A stretch of DNA of 64,000 nt. Origin: Thermoleophilia bacterium UBA6103. GTDB taxonomy: Bacteria > Actinomycetota > Thermoleophilia > UBA2241. Positions 29,663 through 39,618 of the stretch are shown in pieces. The stretch spans positions 79,176 to 143,175 of the forward strand of contig DIWP01000048.1 of the NCBI GenBank assembly GCA_002423545.1, in the 5' to 3' direction. The notes under the pieces are model-generated. The model was not told the origin of the DNA and ran no database searches. It was given only the letters and a program-made list of their open reading frames with translations. The position numbers and the translations under genes were made by a program. The stretch's first letter is position 1. Every line of letters begins with the position of its first letter.

Positions 29663-32377
29663 TCAGCGGACCACGAACACCGCGCTCTGGGCGCGCCGCT
29701 GCGCGTTGCCGGCCAGGTCACGGGCCAGCACACGGATCGTGTACGTGCCGCGCCGCAGCGTACAGCGGAAGCGGAAGGTGTCGCGGCGGTTCGTCTTCCG
29801 CCGGCCGGCGTCGTAGGTCGCGACGACCGCGCCGCGGCTGTCGCGGACCTGCAGCCGGACGCGGGCCTGGCGGGCACTGAAGCCGGGGTCGCTGACTGTG
29901 AAACGGACCTTGGCGGTGCGCCCGCGCCGCACCCGGGTACCGCTCAGGACCCGCGTCGTCGGCCGGCGAGTGTCGATGTTGACGGTGAAGCGGCGCAGCT
30001 TCTCGACGTTACCGCTGTTGTCGTAGGACCGGAACCAGACATACCTCCGCCCATCGCGGGCGTGTGAGCGTCTGGCCGCGGCGACCTCGACTCGCGTGCT
30101 GCGCCGGAACGCGCCCGTGGACGACGATCCCACCCGCAGCTCGGTGCGGGCCACGTTGGACCCCACGTCGGTAGCGACGAGCCTGAGGTTCACCGGTCCG
30201 TTCCACCAGCGGCGGGACGGGGAGACGCGGGTGCGCGGCGGCTCGGTGTCCGGGCCGGCCACAGTCCCGTACACGCGCAGCGTCCAGCGGACAAAACGGC
30301 CCCGATCGCCACGACGCAGGTCCCGCACCCGCAATCGCCACGTACCTGTGGATGACTCGCCGAAATGCCGGGCGCTGCCGAAGCGCCAGCGTGAGAAGCC
30401 CGGACTGCCGTCCACGCTGTCCGGCAGCGCCGACGGCGACAGGATGCTGCGAGTACCGGACGGGGCGATCAGCGTGACCTCGAGGTCGTGCCAGTACTCG
30501 TGCGGAGCGTCGAGCACCACCTCGACGTACTCGGTGGTCAGCCGCGGGCGCCCGGCACCGAGGCCGATCGCGCTCGTGACGCCCACGGTGGAGGCGTCGG
30601 GGATCGTGCGTTGCGGCGACGCCGACGCCGTCACGATCGTCTCCGGGCCGAGCGGCCGCCAGCTTCTGGCGGCCGCGACGGCCGCCGCCGCGTCGACGCG
30701 GCCGTAGCCGTACGTGTGGCTGATGTGGTACCCGGCAGCGTTGTTCGACCAGTCCTTGTGTCCGGGTTCGATCTTCTGTGCCGTGGTCATCAGGACGGCC
30801 TGCACATCGCGCCACGTCAATGACGGATCCGCCTGCAACAGGAGCGCAGCGACACCACTGACCAGCGGCGCCGCGGACGAGGTGCCGCCGAAGCCGCTGT
30901 AGTTGTCCCCGCTCGTGTAGCCGGCGCTGCCGGTGAGATCGGTGGTCAGCACGTCGCGGAGCGTCCCCGGGACACCGTCGCTGGACGGCGCCACGACCAT
31001 GAGAGCGGCGCCGTCCTCGGAATACGGTGCGATCCTGCCCAAGTTGGTACTGGCTCCGACGGCGAGCGTGTAGCGCGAGTTGGCGAAGCCGTCGTAGTTG
31101 ACGTTGTCGAGCTCGGCGCGGCCGTTGCCGGCCGCCCAGACGTAGACGATGCCGAGGCCGCCGCGGCCGTTGGTCACGCCGTCCTTGAGCGCCGCCTCCG
31201 TGAGCGGGCCCGGCGCTTCGAGATGGCGGTCGTCGAGCGGGCCCCAGCTGTTGCTGGAGACATCGACGATGTCGCGGTTGCCGGCATCGGGCCGCACCGC
31301 CGCCAGGGCTTCGGCTTCCACGGCGTCACTGTCCACGCCGTCGATGAGGAAGCGGTAGCCGATGAGACCGGCCGAGGGGGCGGCGCCGCTGACACCGAGA
31401 CCGTTGCCGCCACGCGCGGCGGCCACGCCGGCACAGGCCGTGCCGTGCCACTGGGCGGCGCTCGAAGATCGGCTCGGAGACGGGTCGGCGTCGCCGTCGG
31501 CCCAGTCCCACGAACGCCCCGGCACCACGTTGGGCGCCAGGTCGGGGTGGGCGATCTCGAGGCCGTCGTCGGCGATGGCGATCACCTCGTAGGGTGAGCC
31601 GCGCAGCGGCACGCCGTCGACCGTCTGGTCCCAGACGGTGGTCACGTCGATGTCCTCGCCGGCTTTGCCGGAGCGCTGCCCGACATTGCGCAGATGCCAC
31701 TGCTGGCCGAAGAGCGGGTCGTTCGGTATCCAGCGACGCGCACGAGTGCGCAGGAACGACGGCGCCGCCCATTCGACCAGTGATGATGCCGACAGCCGCT
31801 CGATCGCCCGCAGCTCGTCGAGAGGCGCGACGGCACGATAGAGGTACGTCCGCGCTGAGAATGCGAACCTCCTGACGCGGGTGAGCCCCAGCCGGCGGAC
31901 GACTGCCGCACGTGCCTGCGTGCTCGATCCCGACCGGAAGCGCACGATCAGCTCGCCGACGCTGACCAGCCGCGTCTGCTCGCTTCTCTCTCCCTGATAG
32001 AGGACCGCCGCAGATCCGTCACCGGCGCCGGCCCGCAGCCTGGCGCGCAGATCGTCGAGATCCCCCGCCGGCGGCGCCAGGGGGGTGATGCGGATACGAT
32101 CCACGCCCCGTTCGCTCACTATCGCGAGCTCGTCGAGGGCGATCCACGCCGACTGCACGCTGCCGTCCTCGCTCCACGACACGACGGGGCCGCCCGGCTC
32201 CGCGCTGCCGGCCTTCTGCGAGACATCGGCTTGCGCGCCGCCGGCGGTGAGGGCGAGGAACGACGCGGCCGCCAGCACGGCCATGCCGCAGACGGCGCTG
32301 AGCACCGTGAGACGGCGGCGGATGCGCGTGCCGCGACGACCGCCGGCAGTGGATGTCCTGTCGCCGTGGCGACTCAC
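29663..32377 (-). CDS. secreted S8 (subtilisin/kexin-like) serine peptidase with a P-domain and C-terminal Ig-like repeats
   Basis: Signal/TM segment at the N-terminus. Triad contexts IADDGLE (Asp), HGTACAG (His) and GGTSSAAPLVSG (Ser). A proprotein-convertase P-domain-like segment (LEVTLIAPSGTRSIL). Arg-rich beta-sandwich repeats at the C-terminus. Confidence 0.88.
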   Translation of the reverse strand: MSRHGDRTSTAGGRRGTRIRRRLTVLSAVCGMAVLAAASFLALTAGGAQADVSQKAGSAEPGGPVVSWSEDGSVQSAWIALDELAIVSERGVDRIRITPLAPPAGDLDDLRARLRAGAGDGSAAVLYQGERSEQTRLVSVGELIVRFRSGSSTQARAAVVRRLGLTRVRRFAFSARTYLYRAVAPLDELRAIERLSASSLVEWAAPSFLRTRARRWIPNDPLFGQQWHLRNVGQRSGKAGEDIDVTTVWDQTVDGVPLRGSPYEVIAIADDGLEIAHPDLAPNVVPGRSWDWADGDADPSPSRSSSAAQWHGTACAGVAAARGGNGLGVSGAAPSAGLIGYRFLIDGVDSDAVEAEALAAVRPDAGNRDIVDVSSNSWGPLDDRHLEAPGPLTEAALKDGVTNGRGGLGIVYVWAAGNGRAELDNVNYDGFANSRYTLAVGASTNLGRIAPYSEDGAALMVVAPSSDGVPGTLRDVLTTDLTGSAGYTSGDNYSGFGGTSSAAPLVSGVAALLLQADPSLTWRDVQAVLMTTAQKIEPGHKDWSNNAAGYHISHTYGYGRVDAAAAVAAARSWRPLGPETIVTASASPQRTIPDASTVGVTSAIGLGAGRPRLTTEYVEVVLDAPHEYWHDLEVTLIAPSGTRSILSPSALPDSVDGSPGFSRWRFGSARHFGESSTGTWRLRVRDLRRGDRGRFVRWTLRVYGTVAGPDTEPPRTRVSPSRRWWNGPVNLRLVATDVGSNVARTELRVGSSSTGAFRRSTRVEVAAARRSHARDGRRYVWFRSYDNSGNVEKLRRFTVNIDTRRPTTRVLSGTRVRRGRTAKVRFTVSDPGFSARQARVRLQVRDSRGAVVATYDAGRRKTNRRDTFRFRCTLRRGTYTIRVLARDLAGNAQRRAQSAVFVVR

Positions 32378-32533
32378 GCCGTGATCGCCCCTCCCTGGTC
32401 ACGACTGGCGTACGATGATCTCCTGCCCGGATCCGGCCTCACTGTACTCCGAGCGCCGGTGCACACAAAGCCGGGCACGTTGCCGGGAGCCCACGATGAG
32501 GCGGATACGTGTATCCAGGAACGACGGCGAGCC

Positions 32534-33274
32534 TCAGGAACCCACGCTCGAGCCGGTCCCGCCGCGCACGGTGACCGGCGCGTCGGCGGGATAGCCGCGC
32601 TCCTCCCAGTATCCCTCGATCATGCGGTCGGTCAGCTCGATGCGACGCACGAACTTGACGCTCTTGTACGCCAGCTGCGAAGGGACGACGAGCCGCACCG
32701 GACCGCCGTGGTCGGGCGACAGACGTTCGCCGTCGAGCGTATCGGCGAGTATCGAGTGCGGCTCCTGCAGTTGCTCGAGCGGCAGGCAGTCGACGTACGA
32801 GCCGTCGTAGGCGTGGAAGATGGCGTGCGTGGCGGCAGGTCTGGGGCCGGCGCGCGAGATGACCTCCATCGGCCGCACACCACCCCAGGGGACGTCCTGG
32901 ACCGTCCAGCCCTCCACGCACGGGAAGTCCACGGTCTCCTCGAAGCGTGGCAGGGCGCTCCACGCCGCATGGTCTATCCGCAATGGCGTCTCCACCATGC
33001 CGTCGACCTCGATGACCCACTGCTCCAGAGTCTCGCCCGGCACGTCATCGACGGTCCGTACCGGGAACAGACCGCCGGCCTTGAGCCGCTGGGCCGCGCG
33101 CCCGCCGATGGGCGACGAGCCGCTGCCGCCGGCGAACAGACGCTGCAGACCGACCAGGGCCGCGGCGACGCCGCCGAGCGACGCCAGGAACCACTTGCGG
33201 CTGACCCGCATCTGCCGGGCCCGCTCCCGATCGTCGACCTCTTCCCGCTGCTCATGCTTCCGGTCCATTGACAC
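32534..33274 (-). CDS. molybdopterin-dependent oxidoreductase (sulfite-oxidase/MsrP-like catalytic domain)
   Basis: Tat-like leader (SRKWFLASLGG). FPCVEGW, GGPVRLVVP and YKSVKFVRRIEL motifs. Confidence 0.78.
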   Translation of the reverse strand: MSMDRKHEQREEVDDRERARQMRVSRKWFLASLGGVAAALVGLQRLFAGGSGSSPIGGRAAQRLKAGGLFPVRTVDDVPGETLEQWVIEVDGMVETPLRIDHAAWSALPRFEETVDFPCVEGWTVQDVPWGGVRPMEVISRAGPRPAATHAIFHAYDGSYVDCLPLEQLQEPHSILADTLDGERLSPDHGGPVRLVVPSQLAYKSVKFVRRIELTDRMIEGYWEERGYPADAPVTVRGGTGSSVGS

Positions 33275-33337
33275 CGCCTCCGCGGTCGGATGTAGAAGAC
33301 TTGCACAGTCTTCTTTATACCCGACGGCCGGCGATCC

Positions 33338-34045
33338 TCACTGGTTCTCGAGCAGCTCCTCGGCCGGCACGTCCCGGACCACGCAGGCCGGCACGCCCAT
33401 GAGCACCTTACGCGGCGGCGCGTCCTTTGTGACCACGGCGCCGGCGGCGATGAACGCCTCTTCTCCGATCTCGATGCCGGGACAGAGCACCACGCCGCCG
33501 CCGACGCGGGCGCCGCGGCGGATGGTCGCCCCCTTGATCAGCTCGTGGCGCTTCTCGGTGCGGCCCATGAAGTTGTCGTTGGTGGTCTGCACGCAGGGTG
33601 CGATGAACACGCGGTCCTCGATCTCCATGTACGCCGTGATGTAGGCATTGCTTTGGATCTTCGTGAAGGCGCCGATGTGCGTGTCGTTCTCCACGCAGGT
33701 GCCGCGACCGATGACCGCACGCTCGCCCAGCACGCAGCGTTCGCGCACGCTCGCCAGGTCGCCGATGATGCAGCGCGGTCCCAGCATGGCGGCACGGTAG
33801 ACCACGGCGCCGGTGCAGACCACCGTGCCGGGACCGACGGTCAGCGGCGGCAGCTCGCCCCGCTTCGCCGTCGAGGCGGGAGACAGTGACGGCGCCTTGC
33901 CGAGGACGACGTTGTCCTGGATGAAGCAGCCGTCGCCGATGACCGTGCCGTCGTGGACGACCACGTTGGCCCCGAACGTGACGCCGGCGCCGATCGTGAC
34001 GTCGTCGCCGAGCGTGAGGTTGAGACCGAGGTCGGATGGCTTCAT
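33338..34045 (-). CDS. left-handed beta-helix (hexapeptide) sugar N-acetyltransferase, WbpD/WlbB-like
   Basis: Continuous hexapeptide repeats ([LIV]G..) across the protein. ATG at 34045. Confidence 0.82.
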   Translation of the reverse strand: MKPSDLGLNLTLGDDVTIGAGVTFGANVVVHDGTVIGDGCFIQDNVVLGKAPSLSPASTAKRGELPPLTVGPGTVVCTGAVVYRAAMLGPRCIIGDLASVRERCVLGERAVIGRGTCVENDTHIGAFTKIQSNAYITAYMEIEDRVFIAPCVQTTNDNFMGRTEKRHELIKGATIRRGARVGGGVVLCPGIEIGEEAFIAAGAVVTKDAPPRKVLMGVPACVVRDVPAEELLENQ

Positions 34046-34145
34046 GGCGTCTCGCTTTCCTTTCGCGCGGGCATGGACCACGCGTCCCCGGAGCGGCGCA
34101 GCGCCCTGCTCCGCACCCACGTGATCGCTCCGTGCCGGCGCGGTC

Positions 34146-35171
34146 TCAGGCCGAGAGCTCGTCGATGCGCACCGGCCGGCCCGCCTCGCGCAGCGAGCGC
34201 TCCATCGCCTCGAGGACGCGCACCACGTTGAGCCCGTCGTGGCCGTCGCTGATCGGCTGGCCGCCGTCGGCGATGCAGTCGAGGAAATGCTGGCATTCGA
34301 TGCGCAGCGGCTCGTCGTTGGGGATGCGCGGGATGTGGATGTCGCCGAAGCGCAGCGAGATGTACTCGCCGTACGACTCGTACTGCGCCTTGTACGCGCC
34401 CTTGTCGTAGATCGTGACCTTGCGGTCGCTCTCCATATCGTCGAACACGACCATCTTGTCCGACCCGACGACCGTGACCTTGCGCGCCTTGTGCGGGTCG
34501 AGCCAGCTGACGTGCATGTGGCCGACCACGCCCGACGGATACCTGATGTAGCCGAAGACCACGTCCTCGACGCCCGGCTGCAGATAGCACTCGCCGTGCG
34601 CGCTCACCTCCATGGGGTCCTCGCCTGTCAGGTAGTTGATGACGTAGACGTCGTGTGAGCCGAGGCTCCAGAGGGCGTTCTCGTCGGCGCGCACCTTGCC
34701 CAGGTTGAGGCGGTTGGAGTACACGTAGTACGTGTCGCCCAGCTCGCCGTCGTCGAGCAGCCCCTTGACCGTGCGCAGGGCGGGATGGTACTCGAGCAGA
34801 TGGCCGGACATGAGCAGCCGGTCCTTCTCGGCGGCCAGCGCGACGAGCTCTTCCGCGTGCGCCGCCTTGAGCGTCATGGGCTTCTCGATGAAGGCATGCT
34901 TGCCGGCCTGCAGAACGCGCTTGCCGAGCTCGTAGTGGGTCGGCACGGAGGTGGCGACGACGACCGCGTCGACCGACTCGTCGGCGAGCACCTGCTCGAG
35001 GTCGTCGGTCACGACCGTGCGCGGGAACAGCGCCGCGGCCTTCTCCCGGTTCTCGGCGACGAGGTCGCAGGCATACGCAAGCTCGGCGCCGGGCAGGCGG
35101 TCGAAGTTGCGGGCCAGGTTGGGGCCCCAGTAGCCGAGGCCGGCGACGGCGACGCGGATCGGTTCAGTCAC
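34146..35171 (-). CDS. Gfo/Idh/MocA-family nucleotide-sugar oxidoreductase (WbpB-like)
   Basis: N-terminal Rossmann VAVAGLGYWG and the EKP motif (FIEKPM). Confidence 0.88.
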   Translation of the reverse strand: MTEPIRVAVAGLGYWGPNLARNFDRLPGAELAYACDLVAENREKAAALFPRTVVTDDLEQVLADESVDAVVVATSVPTHYELGKRVLQAGKHAFIEKPMTLKAAHAEELVALAAEKDRLLMSGHLLEYHPALRTVKGLLDDGELGDTYYVYSNRLNLGKVRADENALWSLGSHDVYVINYLTGEDPMEVSAHGECYLQPGVEDVVFGYIRYPSGVVGHMHVSWLDPHKARKVTVVGSDKMVVFDDMESDRKVTIYDKGAYKAQYESYGEYISLRFGDIHIPRIPNDEPLRIECQHFLDCIADGGQPISDGHDGLNVVRVLEAMERSLREAGRPVRIDELSA

Positions 35172-35185
35172 TCTGGGTCTCCTGT

Positions 35186-36448
35186 CTACAGCTTCCAGAC
35201 GGTCGCCGAGCCGGGGATGCCGGCGGTGGCGTTGCGCAGGTCGACCACCAGTGGCGCCTGCGAGACGATCTCACGGTAGTCGATCGCCGAGTGGGCGGTC
35301 ACGATGACGACCACATCCTGAGCGGCCAGTGTCGCGCGGTCGAGCGCGATCGACTCGAGGCCGAAGTCGGGCAGCCGGCTCACGAACGGGTCGTGGTAGG
35401 CCACGCAGGCGCCACGCTCCTGAAGCCGGCGGATCACCTTGAGCGCCGGCGACTCGCGCAGGTCGTCGATGTCTGCCTTGTACGCGACGCCGAGGACGAG
35501 CACGTTGGCGCCGTTGAGGCTCTTGCCGCGGGTGTTGAGCGCCCGGTGGATCTTCTCGACGCAGAAGTACGGCATGTTCTCGTTGACCTTGCCGGCCAGC
35601 TCGATGAACTCGGTCCAGAAGTCGTATTCGCGCGCCTTCCACGAGAGGTAGAAGGGGTCGATGGGGATGCAGTGGCCGCCGAGGCCGGGACCGGGCTGGA
35701 ACTTCATGTAGCCGAACGGCTTGCTGGCGGCCGCCTCGATGACCTCCCACACGTCGATCTGCATACGGTCGCACAGCATCGCGAGCTCGTTGACGAGAGC
35801 GATATTGACGCTGCGGAAGATGTTCTCGAGCAGCTTGGTCATCTCGGCGACTTCCGGCGTGGAGACCGGCACCAGGTGGTCGATGGCCGTGCCGTAGACC
35901 TCGAGCGCGCGGGCCGTGCAGGCTTTGGTGAGGCCGCCGATGACCTTGGGCGTGGTCCTGGTGGTGTAGTCGATGCGGCCCGGATCGACGCGCTCCGGCG
36001 AAAAGGCGAGGTGGAAGTCGACGCCGGCGGTGAGGCCGGAGCCGTCCTCGAGGATGGGGACGAGCACCTCCCGCGTGGTGCCCGGATAGGTGGTGCTCTC
36101 GAGCGTGACGAGCTGGCCTGGGCGCAGATGGGGAGCCAACTCCGTGGCGCCGGCGCGGACGATCCTCAGATCGGGCTCGCGGTTGGCGGTGAGCGGCGTC
36201 GGCAGGCAGATGATGTCGGCGTCGCAGTCGCAGGTGGCGGCGTAGTCTGTGGTGGCGGTCAGGAGGCCGTCGTCGACGACGCGCCGCAGGTCTTCAGACG
36301 ACACGTCCTGGATGTAGCTCTCGCCGCCGTTGATCTGCGCGCAGCGGTCGGCGTCGACCTCGATGCCGACCACTTCGACGCCGGCCTCGGCGAAGACCAG
36401 GGCCAGCGGCAGGCCGACGTAGCCGAGCCCGATGATGGCGATCCTCAC
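35186..36448 (-). CDS. UDP-N-acetyl-D-glucosamine/mannosamine 6-dehydrogenase (WbpA/WecC family)
   Basis: MRIAIIGLGYVGLPLA...GPGLGGHCIPIDP (catalytic Cys) ...GVAYK. Confidence 0.92.
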   Translation of the reverse strand: MRIAIIGLGYVGLPLALVFAEAGVEVVGIEVDADRCAQINGGESYIQDVSSEDLRRVVDDGLLTATTDYAATCDCDADIICLPTPLTANREPDLRIVRAGATELAPHLRPGQLVTLESTTYPGTTREVLVPILEDGSGLTAGVDFHLAFSPERVDPGRIDYTTRTTPKVIGGLTKACTARALEVYGTAIDHLVPVSTPEVAEMTKLLENIFRSVNIALVNELAMLCDRMQIDVWEVIEAAASKPFGYMKFQPGPGLGGHCIPIDPFYLSWKAREYDFWTEFIELAGKVNENMPYFCVEKIHRALNTRGKSLNGANVLVLGVAYKADIDDLRESPALKVIRRLQERGACVAYHDPFVSRLPDFGLESIALDRATLAAQDVVVIVTAHSAIDYREIVSQAPLVVDLRNATAGIPGSATVWKL

Positions 36449-36539
36449 GGGTGGGACTCCTTGTCTGATGAGCGGCGCCGGCTGCCGGCTGTCGTCCGTC
36501 CGCCGCGGCGCCGACCGGAGAAGGACAGACGCAGGGATT

Positions 36540-37613
36540 CTATCCGAAGACGTCGGCGATGACGGCTGCTATGCGCCGGCCGGCGTCGCCGCCGCCGTAG
36601 CAGTCGGGCGCGTCGTCGCCCGGCGCCGCGGCGGCCAGCGCCGCGGCCAGCCGTTCCGGATCGGCGTCGACCAGGACGTTCCAGCCATACTCCAGCGTCT
36701 CGACCCACTCGCTTGTGTCGCGCATGGTCACGCACGGCGTGCGCAGCATGAACGCCTCCTTCTGCATGCCGCCGGAGTCGGTGGCCACCGCCCGGGCGTT
36801 CCGGATGAGCGCGAGCGACTCGAAGTAGCCGACCGGCGGCGTGACGCGCACCGCGTCCCCCAGGCTCTCGAGCAGTCGCTCGCGCGCCAGCGTCGCCCGC
36901 GTGCGCGGATGGACGGCGAAGACGACCGGCTGCTCCAGATGGGCCAGCACGCCCACGATGGCCGCCAGCCGGTCCGGCGAATCGGCGTTGACCGGCCGGT
37001 GCACGGTGGCGTACACGTACTCACCCGGCGCGACTGCGAAGCGCTCCAGCACCTGCGCCTCGAGGGCCGGCGTGAGCGCCCGCAGCGCCAGGTCATACAT
37101 GACGTCGCCGACCAGGTGCACGCCGTCGACGATGCCCTCCGCCGCCAGGTTCTCGACGGCGACCGTCGTGGGACAGAACAGCAGCCGTGACAGACGGTCG
37201 GTCAGCACCCGGTTGACCTCCTCCGGCATGCGACGGTCAAAGGAACGCAGGCCCGCCTCGACGTGGGCGACCGGCACGTGGACCTTGACGGCTGCCAGCC
37301 CGGCGGCCAGCGTCGAGTTGGTGTCGCCGTAGACCAGCACCAGGTCGGGGCGGCGCTCGGCGATGGCGGCCTCGACGCCGACCATGATGCGGCCGGTCTG
37401 CTCGGCGTGCGTACCCGACCCGACGCCGAGCGAGATGTCGGGCGCCGGCAGGCCGAGCTGCTCGAAGAAGACGCCGGCCAGCTCGTGGTCGTAGTGCTGG
37501 CCGGTGTCGAGCAGCACCTCATGGGCGACCGCTCGGAGCGGTGGCGAGACGGCGGCGCACTTGATGTACTGCGGCCGGTTCCCGACGACGGTGAGCACAG
37601 AGGTCGTTGCCAT
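36540..37613 (-). CDS. wecB: UDP-N-acetylglucosamine 2-epimerase (non-hydrolysing type)
   Basis: GNRPQYIK..., VYGDTNSTLA, HVEAGLRS, TDSGGMQKEA. Confidence 0.92.
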   Translation of the reverse strand: MATTSVLTVVGNRPQYIKCAAVSPPLRAVAHEVLLDTGQHYDHELAGVFFEQLGLPAPDISLGVGSGTHAEQTGRIMVGVEAAIAERRPDLVLVYGDTNSTLAAGLAAVKVHVPVAHVEAGLRSFDRRMPEEVNRVLTDRLSRLLFCPTTVAVENLAAEGIVDGVHLVGDVMYDLALRALTPALEAQVLERFAVAPGEYVYATVHRPVNADSPDRLAAIVGVLAHLEQPVVFAVHPRTRATLARERLLESLGDAVRVTPPVGYFESLALIRNARAVATDSGGMQKEAFMLRTPCVTMRDTSEWVETLEYGWNVLVDADPERLAAALAAAAPGDDAPDCYGGGDAGRRIAAVIADVFG

Positions 37614-37666
37614 GGCCCGGCATCATACCGGACCGCCTGTGGTAGCGTTGCCGACGGAGCGACCTG

Positions 37667-38884
37667 ATGGACGATCACGAGAGACAGGCTCTGCCGCTGC
37701 CCGACGAGCCGGATCTGGGCCAGCGACTCGCCACGTGCCTGAGCAGCAGCCGGCTCTTCTCGCTCGATCTCGGCGACGTGCTGCAGGAGACCGCCGCCCT
37801 GATGGCTGAGGTCCTGCCCGGCGTGGACGTCTCGGTCCTGGCCTTCGATCACCCCAGCCGCGCCGGCGACATACGTCTCGACGATCGGACGACGGCGCTG
37901 ATCGACGATGCGCGAGCCACCAGAGCGACCGCCCTCGACGAGGCGGGGCGGACCATCGCCGTGCCCCTGTGCGTGCGTCACCAGCAGCGCTCCGAGCCGT
38001 CCCGGGCGGCGGTCGGCACACGGGTCGTCGGCGTGGCCCTGCTCGAGGCCGGGTCGCCGCTGTCGCCGGCCTCGCTCTCGCTCGCCGAGCTGCTGGCCGA
38101 CCGCGCCGCGGTCGCGGTGGAGCACGCCACCATGTACCAGACGCAGGCGCAGATCGCCCAGCAGCTGCAGCGCCGCCTGCTGCCGGTCGAGGCGCCGCAG
38201 ATCGACGGGCTGGAGATCGGCGTCTTCTTCCGCTCCCGCACCGAGGGTGCGCTCATCGGCGGCGATTTCGTCGATTTCGTCACGCTCAGCCCGCACCAGA
38301 TCGCCGTCTCGATCGGCGACGTCTCCGGCAAGGGCGTCGCGGCCGCGGCTTTCACGGTCATCACCAAGTACGCGCTGCGCGCCATCATCGCGACACTCAG
38401 CTGGCCGACCTGGCCCGGGGAAGCTCTGCGCGATCTGCACAACGCACTCCAGGGCCAACTCGATCAAGACGGTTATGTCACGGTCGGCCTGGGGCTCATC
38501 GACGCCTCGCGCGGCACGCTGAGCCTGGCGAGTGCCGGCCACCCATCGCCGTTCCTGCTACGCGAGGGCGCCGCGCGCCAGCCTCTGATCATCACGGCGC
38601 CGGCGATCGCCTTGGCCGACCAGTCGGAGCTGGAGCCGTTCCCGACCGAGCGCATCGAGCTGCAGGCCGGCGACACGCTGCTGTTCTACACCGACGGGCT
38701 CAGCGAGCTGCGCAACGACGAGGGCGAGTTCTACGACGAGCGTTGCCTGGCGACATCCCTGGCCGACTTCGGCGGCATGAAGCCACAGCAACTCGTGGAG
38801 GCTCTCTACCTGGATGCCGTCAGCTTCAGCGTCCGCCCCCCGCACGACGACGTCGCCCTGGTCGCCGTGCGCCTTGCCGGCTGA
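37667..38884 (+). CDS. GAF-domain PP2C/SpoIIE-family serine phosphatase
   Basis: N-terminal GAF-like half. C-terminal GGDFVDF, GDVSGKGVAAA, SAGHP and LFYTDGLSE. Confidence 0.85.
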   Translation: MDDHERQALPLPDEPDLGQRLATCLSSSRLFSLDLGDVLQETAALMAEVLPGVDVSVLAFDHPSRAGDIRLDDRTTALIDDARATRATALDEAGRTIAVPLCVRHQQRSEPSRAAVGTRVVGVALLEAGSPLSPASLSLAELLADRAAVAVEHATMYQTQAQIAQQLQRRLLPVEAPQIDGLEIGVFFRSRTEGALIGGDFVDFVTLSPHQIAVSIGDVSGKGVAAAAFTVITKYALRAIIATLSWPTWPGEALRDLHNALQGQLDQDGYVTVGLGLIDASRGTLSLASAGHPSPFLLREGAARQPLIITAPAIALADQSELEPFPTERIELQAGDTLLFYTDGLSELRNDEGEFYDERCLATSLADFGGMKPQQLVEALYLDAVSFSVRPPHDDVALVAVRLAG

Positions 38885-39158
38885 AGTGGGGACCCGTCGC
38901 CGTCCCGCCGGCGTCGGCGACGACGCTCAGTCCCGCCGACGGACCGAGATCCGTTCGGTGTCCGCCCCCGCCCCCCCGCGCCGGCCCGTGCTGCGCGCGG
39001 ACCACAGGTGGTGCCACGGCGGTCAACGGTTCCCCCCTCCAGGCCCTCAAGTCGGAGCGTCGCGCGCCGATGAGTGCTGACACGGAGCGGAGCCTGGCGG
39101 CCGCGGCGCACCGTGCGCCGCGGCACAGGGCAGCGTGAGCCATCCAGAGGGGAGCGGG

Positions 39159-39602
39159 ATGAACGCGTTGCCGGATGATGATATGGGCCGCAGCATGCTG
39201 CGCCGGCTGGCGCGAGATGAGGCCGGCGGCGTGCGCGGCATCGTGTTCTTCCTTGCTCTTCTGGCGATCGCCACGGTCGTGGTCCTCGACGTGGTCGCCG
39301 TCTACGGCGCCCAGCGCGCCGTCCGGGAGGACGTCGGCACGGCGGCCCGGCTGGCCGTCGCCAGCTACCTCTCGCGCGCCAGCGATGAAGCGGCCCGCGA
39401 GGAGGCCGCCACGTACCTCGACCGCAACGACATGCGCCTGCTCGACTTCCGCCTCGACACCTCGCAGGGCGTCGTCGCCTGCACCGTCTCGGGGCAGGGT
39501 TCGGCCGACACCTTCGTCCTCAAGTACCTGGCGCGACTGCCCAGGGTAGGCGGCTGGTTCAAGGAGAAGCTCCGGCCGGAGGCGACGGCAGCGACGATGT
39601 GA
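39159..39602 (+). CDS. hypothetical membrane-anchored protein (TadE/TadG-like architecture)
   Basis: The ATG at 39159 is preceded by GGGGAGCGGG. One N-terminal TM helix (IVFFLALLAIATVVVLDVV) followed by a domain of about 100 aa. This is a weak family guess. Confidence 0.45.
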   Translation: MNALPDDDMGRSMLRRLARDEAGGVRGIVFFLALLAIATVVVLDVVAVYGAQRAVREDVGTAARLAVASYLSRASDEAAREEAATYLDRNDMRLLDFRLDTSQGVVACTVSGQGSADTFVLKYLARLPRVGGWFKEKLRPEATAATM

Positions 39603-39618
39603 GCGCCGGAGGCAGGCG

